DNA of 58,979 nt from Candidatus Cloacimonadota bacterium (GTDB lineage Bacteria; Cloacimonadota; Cloacimonadia; Cloacimonadales; TCS61): NCBI GenBank assembly GCA_018400535.1, contig JAGYMQ010000090.1, forward strand, positions 1 to 58,979, in the 5' to 3' direction. Numbering within the stretch: the first letter of the stretch is position 1; each line of letters opens with the position of its first letter. Shown here in pieces: positions 19,496-28,442 of the stretch. The position numbers and the translations under genes are program-made. The notes beneath the pieces were generated by a model. It saw only the letters and a program-made list of their open reading frames with translations, was not told the DNA's origin and ran no database searches.

Positions 19496-20854
19496 ATGAA
19501 AAATGCACCGGCTCTGATCGTGATTATAATTGCGGTTGTAGCGATAATGATCGCTATCGGACTTGTTATTGCTAACCTTACACATAAATATGCGGTGGAC
19601 AAAGCGAAGGAACTGGCGCTGGAAATGGAAGCTAAAAAAGAGGCGCAAAGGGAAGAAAGCGAATATTTTCCTGTTTATGAAGAATATTTTGCTCTGCAGA
19701 TCATGGCGAGTAATAACTATGAAAAGGTGGAACATCTTCAAGATAAATTGCAAAAAGCGGGATATCAGACGAAGATCACAAAAGTGAAACGAGAAGGAGA
19801 AATCTTATATCGTTTGAGATTGGAAGAACTTTATAAAGAAGAAAAAGCGATTGAGCTTGGCGAAAAATTGAAATCAAGTTATCCTGATATCAGCAGTTAT
19901 TGGCTGGAAGAAAGAAAAACTGAATTAGTGCAAAAAAATGAAAAAAAGCCTATTCAAGAAAAAGCTGAAAAGCAGGAAATTCAGCCAATCCAGCCAGAAC
20001 CCAACATAGCTTCAACACCACAAAAATATGAAATCCAGTTAATGGCGACAGTCGATTTTGAGAAAATAAAAAGGATCAGTTCGAGCTTGGAAGCGATAGG
20101 ATATCCGACAAAAATTTTAGTGGTCAAAAAGGGAGGGACGAATTTCTATCGATTGCGAATTGATGGTGCTTTTGTGGAAATGGAAGCAAATAATCTGGGA
20201 AAGGAAATTGTCGCAAAGTCTCCTTCTATCAGCGATTTTTGGTTAGATGAAAAATTAACAGGCAAAGGAATTGCAACCCCTGTTAAAACAAAAAAAACAG
20301 AATCTAGACAAACTTTTACCCACGGCGAGTATAAAGTTCAATTATTAGCAAATCCAAACCTTTCATTTGTGGAAGAAAGGAAAAAGCTATTAGAAGACCA
20401 AGGTTATGCTGCGGAGATCACTTCTGCTGTCGTGAAAGGTAAAAAATTCTATCGATTGCGCACAGCAAATGCCTACACTCGAAGTTCTGCAGAGAAAATT
20501 GGTCAGGAAATCAAAAATAAATTCGATTTCATCGCAGATTTTTGGGTAGCAAAAGTGAAAGGTGAACAAAGCGTTGTGAGAAAAACTCCGACAGAAAAAG
20601 TTCAAACGCCAGCAGTGAAAGAAAAAGAAAAGGAATCAAAGACGAGAAAAACCTTAGAAGTAATGGTTTGCAATAAGGATAATGTAAATATTCGGATTGG
20701 ACCGGGAGATTACTATGCACTTGATCCGATCGGAAAACTGATGAAAGGGATCACAGTATTCGTTTTGGAAGAAAAAAATGGGTGGGTACGTTTTACGATC
20801 TCAAAAAACGATGAATCCTGGTCAGGATGGGTGAATAAAAAATATTTAGATTGA
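19496..20854 (+). CDS. Membrane-anchored protein with three SPOR repeats and a C-terminal bacterial SH3 domain
   Basis: 452 aa with an N-terminal TM helix. Three repeats of about 75 aa, each with Y.(I/L)Q(I/L)(M/L)A...GY...(I/V)......YRLR. C-terminus NVNIRIGPG...GWVRF...GWVNKKYL is SH3b-like. Confidence 0.75.
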   Translation: MKNAPALIVIIIAVVAIMIAIGLVIANLTHKYAVDKAKELALEMEAKKEAQREESEYFPVYEEYFALQIMASNNYEKVEHLQDKLQKAGYQTKITKVKREGEILYRLRLEELYKEEKAIELGEKLKSSYPDISSYWLEERKTELVQKNEKKPIQEKAEKQEIQPIQPEPNIASTPQKYEIQLMATVDFEKIKRISSSLEAIGYPTKILVVKKGGTNFYRLRIDGAFVEMEANNLGKEIVAKSPSISDFWLDEKLTGKGIATPVKTKKTESRQTFTHGEYKVQLLANPNLSFVEERKKLLEDQGYAAEITSAVVKGKKFYRLRTANAYTRSSAEKIGQEIKNKFDFIADFWVAKVKGEQSVVRKTPTEKVQTPAVKEKEKESKTRKTLEVMVCNKDNVNIRIGPGDYYALDPIGKLMKGITVFVLEEKNGWVRFTISKNDESWSGWVNKKYLD

Positions 20855-20891
20855 AAAATTCAGCAGTCGATTGAATAACCGAAATCAGATC

Positions 20892-20926
20892 ATTCCGAAA
20901 CTTCAGGCTGAAGAAATTTTCGGAAT
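20892..20926 (+). terminator. Hairpin downstream of the SPOR gene (possible terminator)
   Basis: ATTCCGAAA pairs with TTTCGGAAT (9 bp), enclosing an inner CTTC/GAAG stem. The trailing T-tract is weak (TATTT). Confidence 0.4.
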
Positions 20927-21261
20927 TATTTAGAAAAAATATATATAATTACCCCTTTTTGTTATGTTACAATATTATAATCGATCAGACGTTTTTCTAG
21001 ATCAGCTTTTCAGCATATTTGTCAAAACTATGATGAAAAATAATTGTGATATGAGATAATAGACAATTACAACATTACCAAAACTTAATTATATACAATG
21101 GAAGATCAAGAAATCAATAGCTATCAATATCTCAATATTTTTACAACAGACATTCTGTTTTTTTGAATCTTGGCTGAAAGGATCATTTCTTTTTCAAGCT
21201 TTATCTTGACACATCTCAAGCAAGATAACTTTTCTAACGAAAATAAAATCAACAGGAGGTT

Positions 21262-22707
21262 ATGGTGAATTATGCTTTAATGGCAATTGACATAGCCCGT
21301 TCTCTGGGCGCAGATTATGCTGATATCAGAATCCAAAAAACAACAACCGAACAAATTTATCTGCGTAATCTTAGCCTGAAAAATACTTCGCAGTCAGAGA
21401 TCTATGGTTATGGAATCAGAGTTTTTAAAAATGGAGCTTGGGGCTTTGCTCACAACAATGTTTTCCGCAAAGATGCTGTTGAGAAAACAGTGAAGGAAGC
21501 TTTCAATATAGCAAAAGAATCTGCTCGCGTGAAATATGGAAATGGCTTAACGCTTGCTTACGAAAGAGGTTATATTGATTCTTATAAAACACCTTACAAA
21601 ATCGATCCCTTTTCCATCTCCATAGATCAAAAAGTCGATCTGATGATCGAAGTAAACAAAACACTTTTGAATTATGATAAGATCAAACGCACCATGTTCT
21701 TGTTGGAATGCAAAAAAGATGAAAAACACTTTGCTTCCACGCTGGGCAGCGATCTTGAAATCGAAACACTTTACATCAATCCCATTTTTACCGCCACAGC
21801 TGTGAATGCAGAAGATAGTCAATCACGAACCTTTAATGACGGAGGAAAGGCAGTTGGTTGGGAATGGATCGAAGGTCTCGATCTGAAAATGATCGCTGAG
21901 AAAACAGCTGAAGAAGCGATCATGAAATTGGAAGCTGGTAGTCTGAAAACCGAAGAAAGACGGACTCTTATTCTCGATCCGATGCATCTTGCTTTGACAA
22001 TGCACGAATCTGTAGGTCATCCGACAGAATTGGATCGTGTTCTTGGTTGGGAAGCAGATTTTGCTGGAATCTCTTTTGCCACTCCCGAAAAATTAGGCAA
22101 ATATCAATATGGAAGTCAATTGGTAAATTTCGTGGCGAATAACACGCTGGAAGGCGGATTGGCTACTGCTGGCTATGATGATGATGGTGTTCCCAATCAA
22201 AAATGGTATATCGTGAAAGATGGGATTTTGAATGAATATGGCACAACCCGCGCCACTGCTCCGATCATTGGTCTGGAAATGAGTCGCGGCTGCAATCGTG
22301 CCACACATTATTATGACTTTCCCATCAATCGCATTCCAAATCTTTATCTGGAACCTGGAAAAGAAGAACTTACTCCGCAGGAATTGATCGCTGATACAAA
22401 AGATGGAATTTATATCGAAGATCGCGGTTCTTTCTCAATCGACCAACATCGTGTCAATTTTCAATTTGGCGGTGATATCTTCTGGGAGATCAAAAATGGC
22501 AAGAAAACGCGACCACTGAAAAAAGTGATCTATCGTTCTAATAATCCTGAATTTTGGAATAGCGTAGATGCGATCTGCGACAAAAGATTTTTCCGCACTT
22601 TTGGAGTGGTGAACTGTGGAAAAGGTCAACCAGGACAACGTGGTAGAATGACGCATGGCGGAGCTACAGCACGTTTCAGAAATATCATGGTGGGAGGCTC
22701 AAAATGA
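21262..22707 (+). CDS. tldD: TldD-family metalloprotease
   Basis: 481 aa. HESVGHPTELDR (HExxxH) and a GxC-containing C-terminus typical of TldD. AGGAGG RBS. Confidence 0.9.
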   Translation: MVNYALMAIDIARSLGADYADIRIQKTTTEQIYLRNLSLKNTSQSEIYGYGIRVFKNGAWGFAHNNVFRKDAVEKTVKEAFNIAKESARVKYGNGLTLAYERGYIDSYKTPYKIDPFSISIDQKVDLMIEVNKTLLNYDKIKRTMFLLECKKDEKHFASTLGSDLEIETLYINPIFTATAVNAEDSQSRTFNDGGKAVGWEWIEGLDLKMIAEKTAEEAIMKLEAGSLKTEERRTLILDPMHLALTMHESVGHPTELDRVLGWEADFAGISFATPEKLGKYQYGSQLVNFVANNTLEGGLATAGYDDDGVPNQKWYIVKDGILNEYGTTRATAPIIGLEMSRGCNRATHYYDFPINRIPNLYLEPGKEELTPQELIADTKDGIYIEDRGSFSIDQHRVNFQFGGDIFWEIKNGKKTRPLKKVIYRSNNPEFWNSVDAICDKRFFRTFGVVNCGKGQPGQRGRMTHGGATARFRNIMVGGSK

Positions 22708-23990
22708 TCCAAAAAGAAAAATTTCAAAAAATCAGTGATTTTATCAAAAAACATTGCACGGCAGATGATTTCTCAATAAATATGTTCAGCTCAGAAAATC
22801 TTACGACACGATTTGCTCAAAACGGTATAACTCAACATATTAAAGGTGATAATCTGCGCATGAGATTAGAGGTCGCTTTCGATAATAAAACTGGCGCCGC
22901 TGTTTGCAATAGTCTGGAGGAAGATACGTTGCTGCGATCTATCCAAAAAGCAGAATCTCTGGCAAAATTAAATAAACCGGATCCAGAATTTATTCCATCT
23001 GAACCAGCTCATGATTTACCAAAAACCGATAGCGCCAGTGAAAACACAGCTCAGATAACAACTGAAATGATGGTCGATGACATCCAAAAATGCGTGAAAA
23101 ATGCTGAACAAAAAAAAGCAAAGATTTCAGGATTATCCGAAAAGACGCTCTATAATCATTTTCTGGCAACGAAAAACGGTTTTCTTGGTTATTATGATGT
23201 CAGCAGTTTTTCTCATTCGATGACTCTCAAAAAGGGTGGAGTGGAAACGAAAATCGCTCATTCTGTGCAAGATCGAGAAAAATTCAGGATGGAAAACCTG
23301 ATCGCAAAATTAAATAAACAATTTGATTCTCTGAAAGATCCAGAAAAGATCGAGCCGAAAAAATTACCCGTCATCTTACGACCGGAAGCTGTTGCAACAT
23401 GGCTATTTTATCTGGTCTGGGTTTTTGATCGAAGAGAAGCTGATGAAGGTGTTTCGCCTTTTGCAAAACAGATGGGAAAAGAATTTTTCGGAAAAAATTT
23501 CACTTTCCGTTCTAGTATTATAGAAGAAGATATTTTCTCTCCACCGTTTATTATGAGCGGAATTCCCACTACCGACATTGATTGGATCAAAAATGGTGTG
23601 ATCAAAAATATGCGTATGTCTCGTTATTATGCTAAAAAGATAAATGAAACAGCGATCTATCCATACAATATCATCATTGACGGAGGAAATGCAACCGAAA
23701 CAGAAATGATGAAAAAAGTCAAACGTGGAGTGATCGTCAACAACCTTTGGTATATTCGACCAGTCGATCAAAAAAGAGGAGAATGGACAGGTCTGACCAG
23801 AGATGGTGTTCTCTATTTTGAAGATGGAAAGATCATTAAATCGGTGAATAATTTCCGCTGGAACGAGATATTGCACGAGGCGACTTGTCGCATTCTGGCT
23901 TTGGGAAAAAGTGAACAAAAAGAATATTATGTTAAAGTTCCCACCTTGTTGATCGATGATTTTAATTTCGTGGATGTGACAACATTCTGA
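22704..23990 (+). CDS. TldE/PmbA-family protein (non-catalytic partner of TldD)
   Basis: 428 aa. ATGA overlap with tldD. PmbA_TldD fold-type sequence lacking HExxxH. Confidence 0.8.
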   Translation: MIQKEKFQKISDFIKKHCTADDFSINMFSSENLTTRFAQNGITQHIKGDNLRMRLEVAFDNKTGAAVCNSLEEDTLLRSIQKAESLAKLNKPDPEFIPSEPAHDLPKTDSASENTAQITTEMMVDDIQKCVKNAEQKKAKISGLSEKTLYNHFLATKNGFLGYYDVSSFSHSMTLKKGGVETKIAHSVQDREKFRMENLIAKLNKQFDSLKDPEKIEPKKLPVILRPEAVATWLFYLVWVFDRREADEGVSPFAKQMGKEFFGKNFTFRSSIIEEDIFSPPFIMSGIPTTDIDWIKNGVIKNMRMSRYYAKKINETAIYPYNIIIDGGNATETEMMKKVKRGVIVNNLWYIRPVDQKRGEWTGLTRDGVLYFEDGKIIKSVNNFRWNEILHEATCRILALGKSEQKEYYVKVPTLLIDDFNFVDVTTF

Positions 23991-24007
23991 TAAGTTATTT
24001 TATCTAG

Positions 24008-24065
24008 CCTTGCGGAAGTTTGGATTGTTTTCTCATTTTAATGCTCCGTTTTCGCAAGGTTTTTT
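24008..24065 (+). terminator. Long-loop hairpin plus T6 after the pmbA-like gene (possible terminator)
   Basis: CCTTGCGGAA (24008-24017) pairs with TTTCGCAAGG (24050-24059), including one G-U pair. TTTTTT follows. Confidence 0.4.
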
Positions 24066-24117
24066 GGGTTAAGGATTTTTTAAATTTTTAGCAGAAAAAT
24101 ATAAAATTGTTTATCTT

Positions 24118-25338
24118 TTAATGAATGTATTCAAAATAGAATCTTGATCTATCTAAAAGCGGAAAATTCATGATCCAAACTTGAGCTGTTTTCAATTCAT
24201 CCACAAATTTTTCATAAGGAAGATCATAGTCTGGCAAATCTTTGGAAGCACGGCGATTTCCAAAGAAAATATTATTTTCGATAATGAAATTATCTGGAAC
24301 TTGATGTTCTGCCAAAGCACATTGATAACCATAATAATCCGGGCTGTCATAAAGACTGTCTTGAGCGGTTTTTATGAGAATGTTTTCTGTGAAAAAACCG
24401 GGATCTACGGGCGTGGAAAGAGTTATTCCGCTCCCCATCGCACCTGTATCAAAAATGATGTTTTTGTTGATCTTGGCTCGTGGTTCTCCTTTCTTAGCAT
24501 CCCAAACAGAAATTCCCCAAGCTGTCATTTCTTCTACGATATTATTCTGGATGATCACATCAGCATCGACAAATGCTCCAATGCCTTTCCAATAACGTTT
24601 CACCAGATTATTCCTAATCGTTGCTTTTGCGTTCCAGGTGATACCGATTCCCACACCTCTTCCTCCTGAAGGGAATTTTTTCTTTTTCGCTCCATCTATC
24701 AAATTGTTTGTAATAAAAGCTTCGGCATCTCGAAATAGAGTGATACCATCCCAGGAATTTTGAATAATTTCATTTTTTTCGATCTGAAGCGTGGAATTTT
24801 CTCGTCCGCAAATTCCCATAATTCCAACAACATTTTCTTTGATCAAAGTTGAATCTCCTAAATTTTTTTGGATTAGATTATTGCGGATAATGACATCGCT
24901 ATTTTTCACTACGATCGCCGCATCTGTCGCTTTGGCGCTGCTATCACGAATACCATCAGTGATCGTTAATTTCTCGATCACACAATTTGAGCAATTATTT
25001 ATATAAATTCCATATCCAGCATTTGTATGGATCACAGCAGAGCGCGAATTTGGACCTTTCAATTTGACGTTTTTACCCGAAATTTCTAAACCTTTCGTTG
25101 CAATAACCTTTGTATCAGGATCATCACAATTACCGCAGCTCATTTCTGTGAATTCTTGTGAAGATAGAAAATAATCACCTTCGGCTAAATAAACTTCAAT
25201 ATTTTTTTGAGGAATAGAGAATACTTTTTCTAATTTTTGCGAGGAATCCACATAAATTATTTCTGCTGGTTTCAAATATAAAATGTTGAAGATAAGGATC
25301 AAAACAAACAGGATTGCAGAAATTGTCTGTTTCTTCAT
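24118..25338 (-). CDS. Secreted or membrane-anchored right-handed parallel beta-helix repeat protein
   Basis: About 406 aa. N-terminal hydrophobic segment ISAILFVLILIFNILYL. Periodic (I/V)xNNxI repeats (IRNNLI, ITNNLI, IRNNLV, IQNNIV, IENNIF). I chose the ATG at 25338, which forms an ATGA overlap with the upstream stop. Confidence 0.7.
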   Translation of the reverse strand: MKKQTISAILFVLILIFNILYLKPAEIIYVDSSQKLEKVFSIPQKNIEVYLAEGDYFLSSQEFTEMSCGNCDDPDTKVIATKGLEISGKNVKLKGPNSRSAVIHTNAGYGIYINNCSNCVIEKLTITDGIRDSSAKATDAAIVVKNSDVIIRNNLIQKNLGDSTLIKENVVGIMGICGRENSTLQIEKNEIIQNSWDGITLFRDAEAFITNNLIDGAKKKKFPSGGRGVGIGITWNAKATIRNNLVKRYWKGIGAFVDADVIIQNNIVEEMTAWGISVWDAKKGEPRAKINKNIIFDTGAMGSGITLSTPVDPGFFTENILIKTAQDSLYDSPDYYGYQCALAEHQVPDNFIIENNIFFGNRRASKDLPDYDLPYEKFVDELKTAQVWIMNFPLLDRSRFYFEYIH

Positions 25339-26132
25339 AGATGATACCATTTTGTGCGACGATCTTTGAAAGCGTGATTGAATTCGGTGATGTTCTTATC
25401 CAAAGCTTTACCCGGATCAATATCTACAATATTAACTTTTTCTTCGATCTTATCTGCTCGAGAAAGAATATTTCCTTTTTCGTCTGTGATCTGGCTCATG
25501 CCGGTAAATTCAAACTCTCGTTCCAAATTGATCTCTTTTCCGATCCGATTGGCGGTGATCGCGAAGATCCGATTTTCTAAAGAACGTGTAATCATCGCCT
25601 GTTGGCACCAGGGCAAAACCAGATTTGCTGGATGAGCAATTATCTGTGCGCCTTGCAAGGCCAATGACCTGGCTGATTCGGGAAAGATCCAATCGAAACA
25701 GATCATCAAACCAATCTTGATCCCGTTTTTTGCAGAAAAAACTTTGAAACCAGAATTGCCTGGAGTGAACCATTTTTTCTCTTCAAAAAAAAGATGCGTT
25801 TTACGATAAATAAAAATTTCTTGATCAGGATTGACCAGCATCGATGAATTATAGATCTTTGCATTGTCCTTTTCGGCAAAACCGACTACGTAGCTTGTAT
25901 TATTTTGTGCTGCCAGTTCCCGGAAAAGCTGTGCAGTTGGTCCTTTGCGCGGATCCTCTGCAATAGATTCCAATTCTTTTTTTGAATTGAAGATGTAACC
26001 GGATGTGGCTAATTCTGGCAAAACGATCAGGTCAGCCGAAACAGATTTTAAAGACCTTTTCATTTTCAACAAATTTTTTTCAGATTCGAACAACTCTGGT
26101 TTGAATTGAAAATAGCCAACAGAATATTTCAT
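25335..26132 (-). CDS. Carbon-nitrogen hydrolase (nitrilase superfamily amidase)
   Basis: 265 aa. The catalytic triad context comprises LPELATSGY (Glu), YRKTHLF (Lys) and GLMICFDWIFPE (Cys). AGGAGA RBS. Confidence 0.85.
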   Translation of the reverse strand: MKYSVGYFQFKPELFESEKNLLKMKRSLKSVSADLIVLPELATSGYIFNSKKELESIAEDPRKGPTAQLFRELAAQNNTSYVVGFAEKDNAKIYNSSMLVNPDQEIFIYRKTHLFFEEKKWFTPGNSGFKVFSAKNGIKIGLMICFDWIFPESARSLALQGAQIIAHPANLVLPWCQQAMITRSLENRIFAITANRIGKEINLEREFEFTGMSQITDEKGNILSRADKIEEKVNIVDIDPGKALDKNITEFNHAFKDRRTKWYHL

Positions 26133-26337
26133 AATTCTCCTTTATCAAATCAGATACCAATTTGTTTATTGAAAATGTAATATGATAAAATCAGTCAAGA
26201 TTTTCACTGATAAATTTTCAATATTTTGTCAATTTTCGAAAAAAGATATCGAACAAAAAAATATTTTAAAATAAATATCTGCTGTAAGAAGCTATCGTGG
26301 AAGATATTATTCTATAAAAATTTATGCTCTAAAATTA

Positions 26338-26347
26338 TATCTTGACA
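26338..26347 (+). promoter_or_regulatory. TATCTTGACA motif, candidate -35 region of the rimP-nusA-infB operon promoter
   Basis: Contains an exact TTGACA. The 9-mer ATCTTGACA recurs upstream of tldD and mreB, and the full 10-mer TATCTTGACA also occurs upstream of tldD. No convincing TATAAT at 17 bp. Confidence 0.35.
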
Positions 26348-26407
26348 ACAGTAACAAGTAAATTTTTTTTAGTTAAGTTTAAAAAAGAAAAAGTGCATAT
26401 TTTTTTT

Positions 26408-26432
26408 GCTGACAAAAAGTCAGCGTTTTTTT
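26408..26432 (+). promoter_or_regulatory. Terminator-like hairpin in the rimP/nusA leader (candidate attenuator)
   Basis: GCTGAC-AAAAA-GTCAGC followed by GTTTTTTT. It lies 60 nt upstream of the rimP ATG. The upstream gene is divergent, so the hairpin terminates no preceding gene. Confidence 0.5.
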
Positions 26433-26444
26433 GATAAAAATTGG

Positions 26445-26467
26445 AAACCACTGCAAAACAGTGGTTT
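26445..26467 (+). promoter_or_regulatory. Second leader hairpin (9-bp perfect stem)
   Basis: AAACCACTG-CAAAA-CAGTGGTTT, immediately upstream of the rimP RBS. Confidence 0.45.
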
Positions 26468-26491
26468 AATCTTATTTACAGGAAAGATGAT

Positions 26492-26947
26492 ATGTTGAAA
26501 AAAATTGAAGCTATTGCCAAAAACGTCTGTGCGAAACATGGAGTTTCACTCTATGACGTCGAATTGAAGCACGCCGCCAAAGGTCTTGTCATTGTGATCT
26601 ATATTACAAAGATCCAAGGAATCGGTGTGGAAGATTGCTCGGTGGTCAGTCGAGATATTGGACGTACTATGGAAGAAGATAATCTGGTTAATTCCAGATA
26701 TTTTTTGGAAGTATCTTCTCCAGGCCTGGAGCGAAAACTGAAATTGAAAAAACATTATGTCAGTGCAATCGGTGAAAAAGTTAAGATAACATATAACGCA
26801 GAAAACGAAAGCAGAATGGCTATCGGTATATTAAAAGAAGTTGATCGCAATGAGCTCATACTTGAATTAGAAGCAGAAGAGCTCACTATTGCATTTAATG
26901 ATATCAAAAAAGCAAAAACGTATTTTGATTATAAAAAAGGTAATTGA
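26492..26947 (+). CDS. rimP: Ribosome maturation factor RimP
   Basis: The track ORF starts at TTG 26441. I chose the ATG at 26492 with a GGAAAG RBS. LEVSSPGLERKL is the RimP signature. Synteny with nusA. Confidence 0.88.
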   Translation: MLKKIEAIAKNVCAKHGVSLYDVELKHAAKGLVIVIYITKIQGIGVEDCSVVSRDIGRTMEEDNLVNSRYFLEVSSPGLERKLKLKKHYVSAIGEKVKITYNAENESRMAIGILKEVDRNELILELEAEELTIAFNDIKKAKTYFDYKKGN

Positions 26948-26964
26948 GAAAATTAGAGGTAAAT

Positions 26965-28197
26965 ATGAGCACGAATTTAATGGGGACACTCACTCAATTA
27001 GCAAATTTGAAACAGTTAGATAAAAAGCAATTAGAATCTATCATTACTGATGGACTATTTCAGGCGATCTCAAAAAAATTGACTTCAGAAAATGATCTGA
27101 AGATCAATGCAGATTTTGATTCCAATAATGTGGAAGTACAATTTAACAAGATCGTTGTCGAAAGAGATATGTCGCTTGGTGAAATCAGTTTGGAAGATGC
27201 CCGAAAAATAGATCCGGATTTGGAAATCGGCGATACAATTCCCGCAGAGATGGAACTTTGTGATTTTGAGCCAAAAGTGATCAAAAATGCCAGAAAAGCC
27301 ATTTTGGAACGGATCAAATCTCTAGAAGAAGATCGCATTATGTTCGATTATGAAAAACAAAAGAATCAGATCGTCTCAGGTCGCGTCAGAAAAGAAGATT
27401 ATAATGGATATTTAATCGATATCGGATATACAAGCGCATTGCTTCCTATCGATGAACAGGTCGATGATGAATATTATAAAGCGGGCGATATTATTCGTGC
27501 CTATGTCGTGAATATCCGGAAAAGAAAAAAGGACGTTGTCGTAATTCTGTCTCGCACCAGACCAGAATTTGTGAAGAGATTGTTTGAAAACGAAATCCCG
27601 GAAATTTCCAATGAATCTGTTCAAATCAAAAAGATCGTAAGAGAACCCGGAATAAAATCAAAAGTTGCAGTGAAATCCCAGAAAGAAAAAGTCGATGCTG
27701 TCGCTGCTTGTCTGGGACCACACGGTATGCGCATAGAATCGATCCGCCAGGAGCTTAATGGAGAACAGGTTGATATCGTGCTTTGGGATAATTCACCAGA
27801 GCAGCTGATAGCGAATGCGATCGGTGCTGACCTTGTGGATAAGGTCTATCTGGCAGAGCGCGGTAAATTTGCACGGATCATTGTGAGCGAAGAAAATAAA
27901 AATCTGGCTATTGGTAAAGGAGGAAAAAACGTTAAATTAGCAGCGAAATTAACAGACTACAAACTTGATATTTATCTGGAAACAGAATTTGAGGAAAAAA
28001 TATCAGAAGAACGCAGAATTACCAGTCACGTGAGTGATCTGGACGGAGTAACAGCTAATGTATCAGAAATATTGAGGACACATGGTTACACTTCGGTTCA
28101 GGATATTTATGAAGCGACCATCGAGGAACTTTGTAATCTCGAGGGTTTAGGCGAGAAGACTGCTCGCAAAATAAAAGAATCAGCGAAATTATTTTAG
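26965..28197 (+). CDS. nusA: Transcription termination/antitermination factor NusA
   Basis: ATG at 26965 after an AGAGG RBS. S1 and two KH domains (IGKGGKNVKLAAKLT) and a C-terminal HhH. Confidence 0.95.
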   Translation: MSTNLMGTLTQLANLKQLDKKQLESIITDGLFQAISKKLTSENDLKINADFDSNNVEVQFNKIVVERDMSLGEISLEDARKIDPDLEIGDTIPAEMELCDFEPKVIKNARKAILERIKSLEEDRIMFDYEKQKNQIVSGRVRKEDYNGYLIDIGYTSALLPIDEQVDDEYYKAGDIIRAYVVNIRKRKKDVVVILSRTRPEFVKRLFENEIPEISNESVQIKKIVREPGIKSKVAVKSQKEKVDAVAACLGPHGMRIESIRQELNGEQVDIVLWDNSPEQLIANAIGADLVDKVYLAERGKFARIIVSEENKNLAIGKGGKNVKLAAKLTDYKLDIYLETEFEEKISEERRITSHVSDLDGVTANVSEILRTHGYTSVQDIYEATIEELCNLEGLGEKTARKIKESAKLF

Positions 28198-28202
28198 GCA
28201 AA

Positions 28203-28442
28203 ATGGTAAATCAAGCTTCCAATGCAAACCATATTCCTCAACGAACTTGTGTTATATGCAAAAAGAAAACTGCCCAAAAAAACCTGATCAGATTTGTAAT
28301 TTTGCAAAATGAAATTGTTTTCGACCTGAAGAGAAATTTAAAGGCAAAAGGGCATTATGTGTGTGATGCGAATGATTGCATTTGCAAATTAGAAAGATGG
28401 AGAAAAAGAAAAATTAAAAATGCAAAAAGAAAAGATTCTTAG
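28203..28442 (+). CDS. ylxR: YlxR/DUF448 family RNA-binding protein
   Basis: 79 aa with RTCVICKKK...LIRFV. Canonical position after nusA. Confidence 0.85.
   Translation: MVNQASNANHIPQRTCVICKKKTAQKNLIRFVILQNEIVFDLKRNLKAKGHYVCDANDCICKLERWRKRKIKNAKRKDS

Noticed and set aside
14653-20854. An M-box (Mg2+) riboswitch upstream of mgtE, and a mobile-element origin for the accessory stretch.
   Set aside because: Only about 70 nt, all AT-rich, lie between the rplQ terminators and the mgtE start. That is too short for an M-box of about 160 nt. No transposase, integrase or flanking repeats were seen in 14.7-26 kb.
21040-21180. Tiny ORFs in the tldD upstream spacer, considered as possible TldD/E substrate peptides. 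One is a 9-aa MMKNNCDMR. Another is a 22-aa MEDQEINSYQYLNIFTTDILFF.
   Set aside because: They have no Shine-Dalgarno sequence and no leader/core features, and ORFs of this size are expected by chance in AT-rich DNA.
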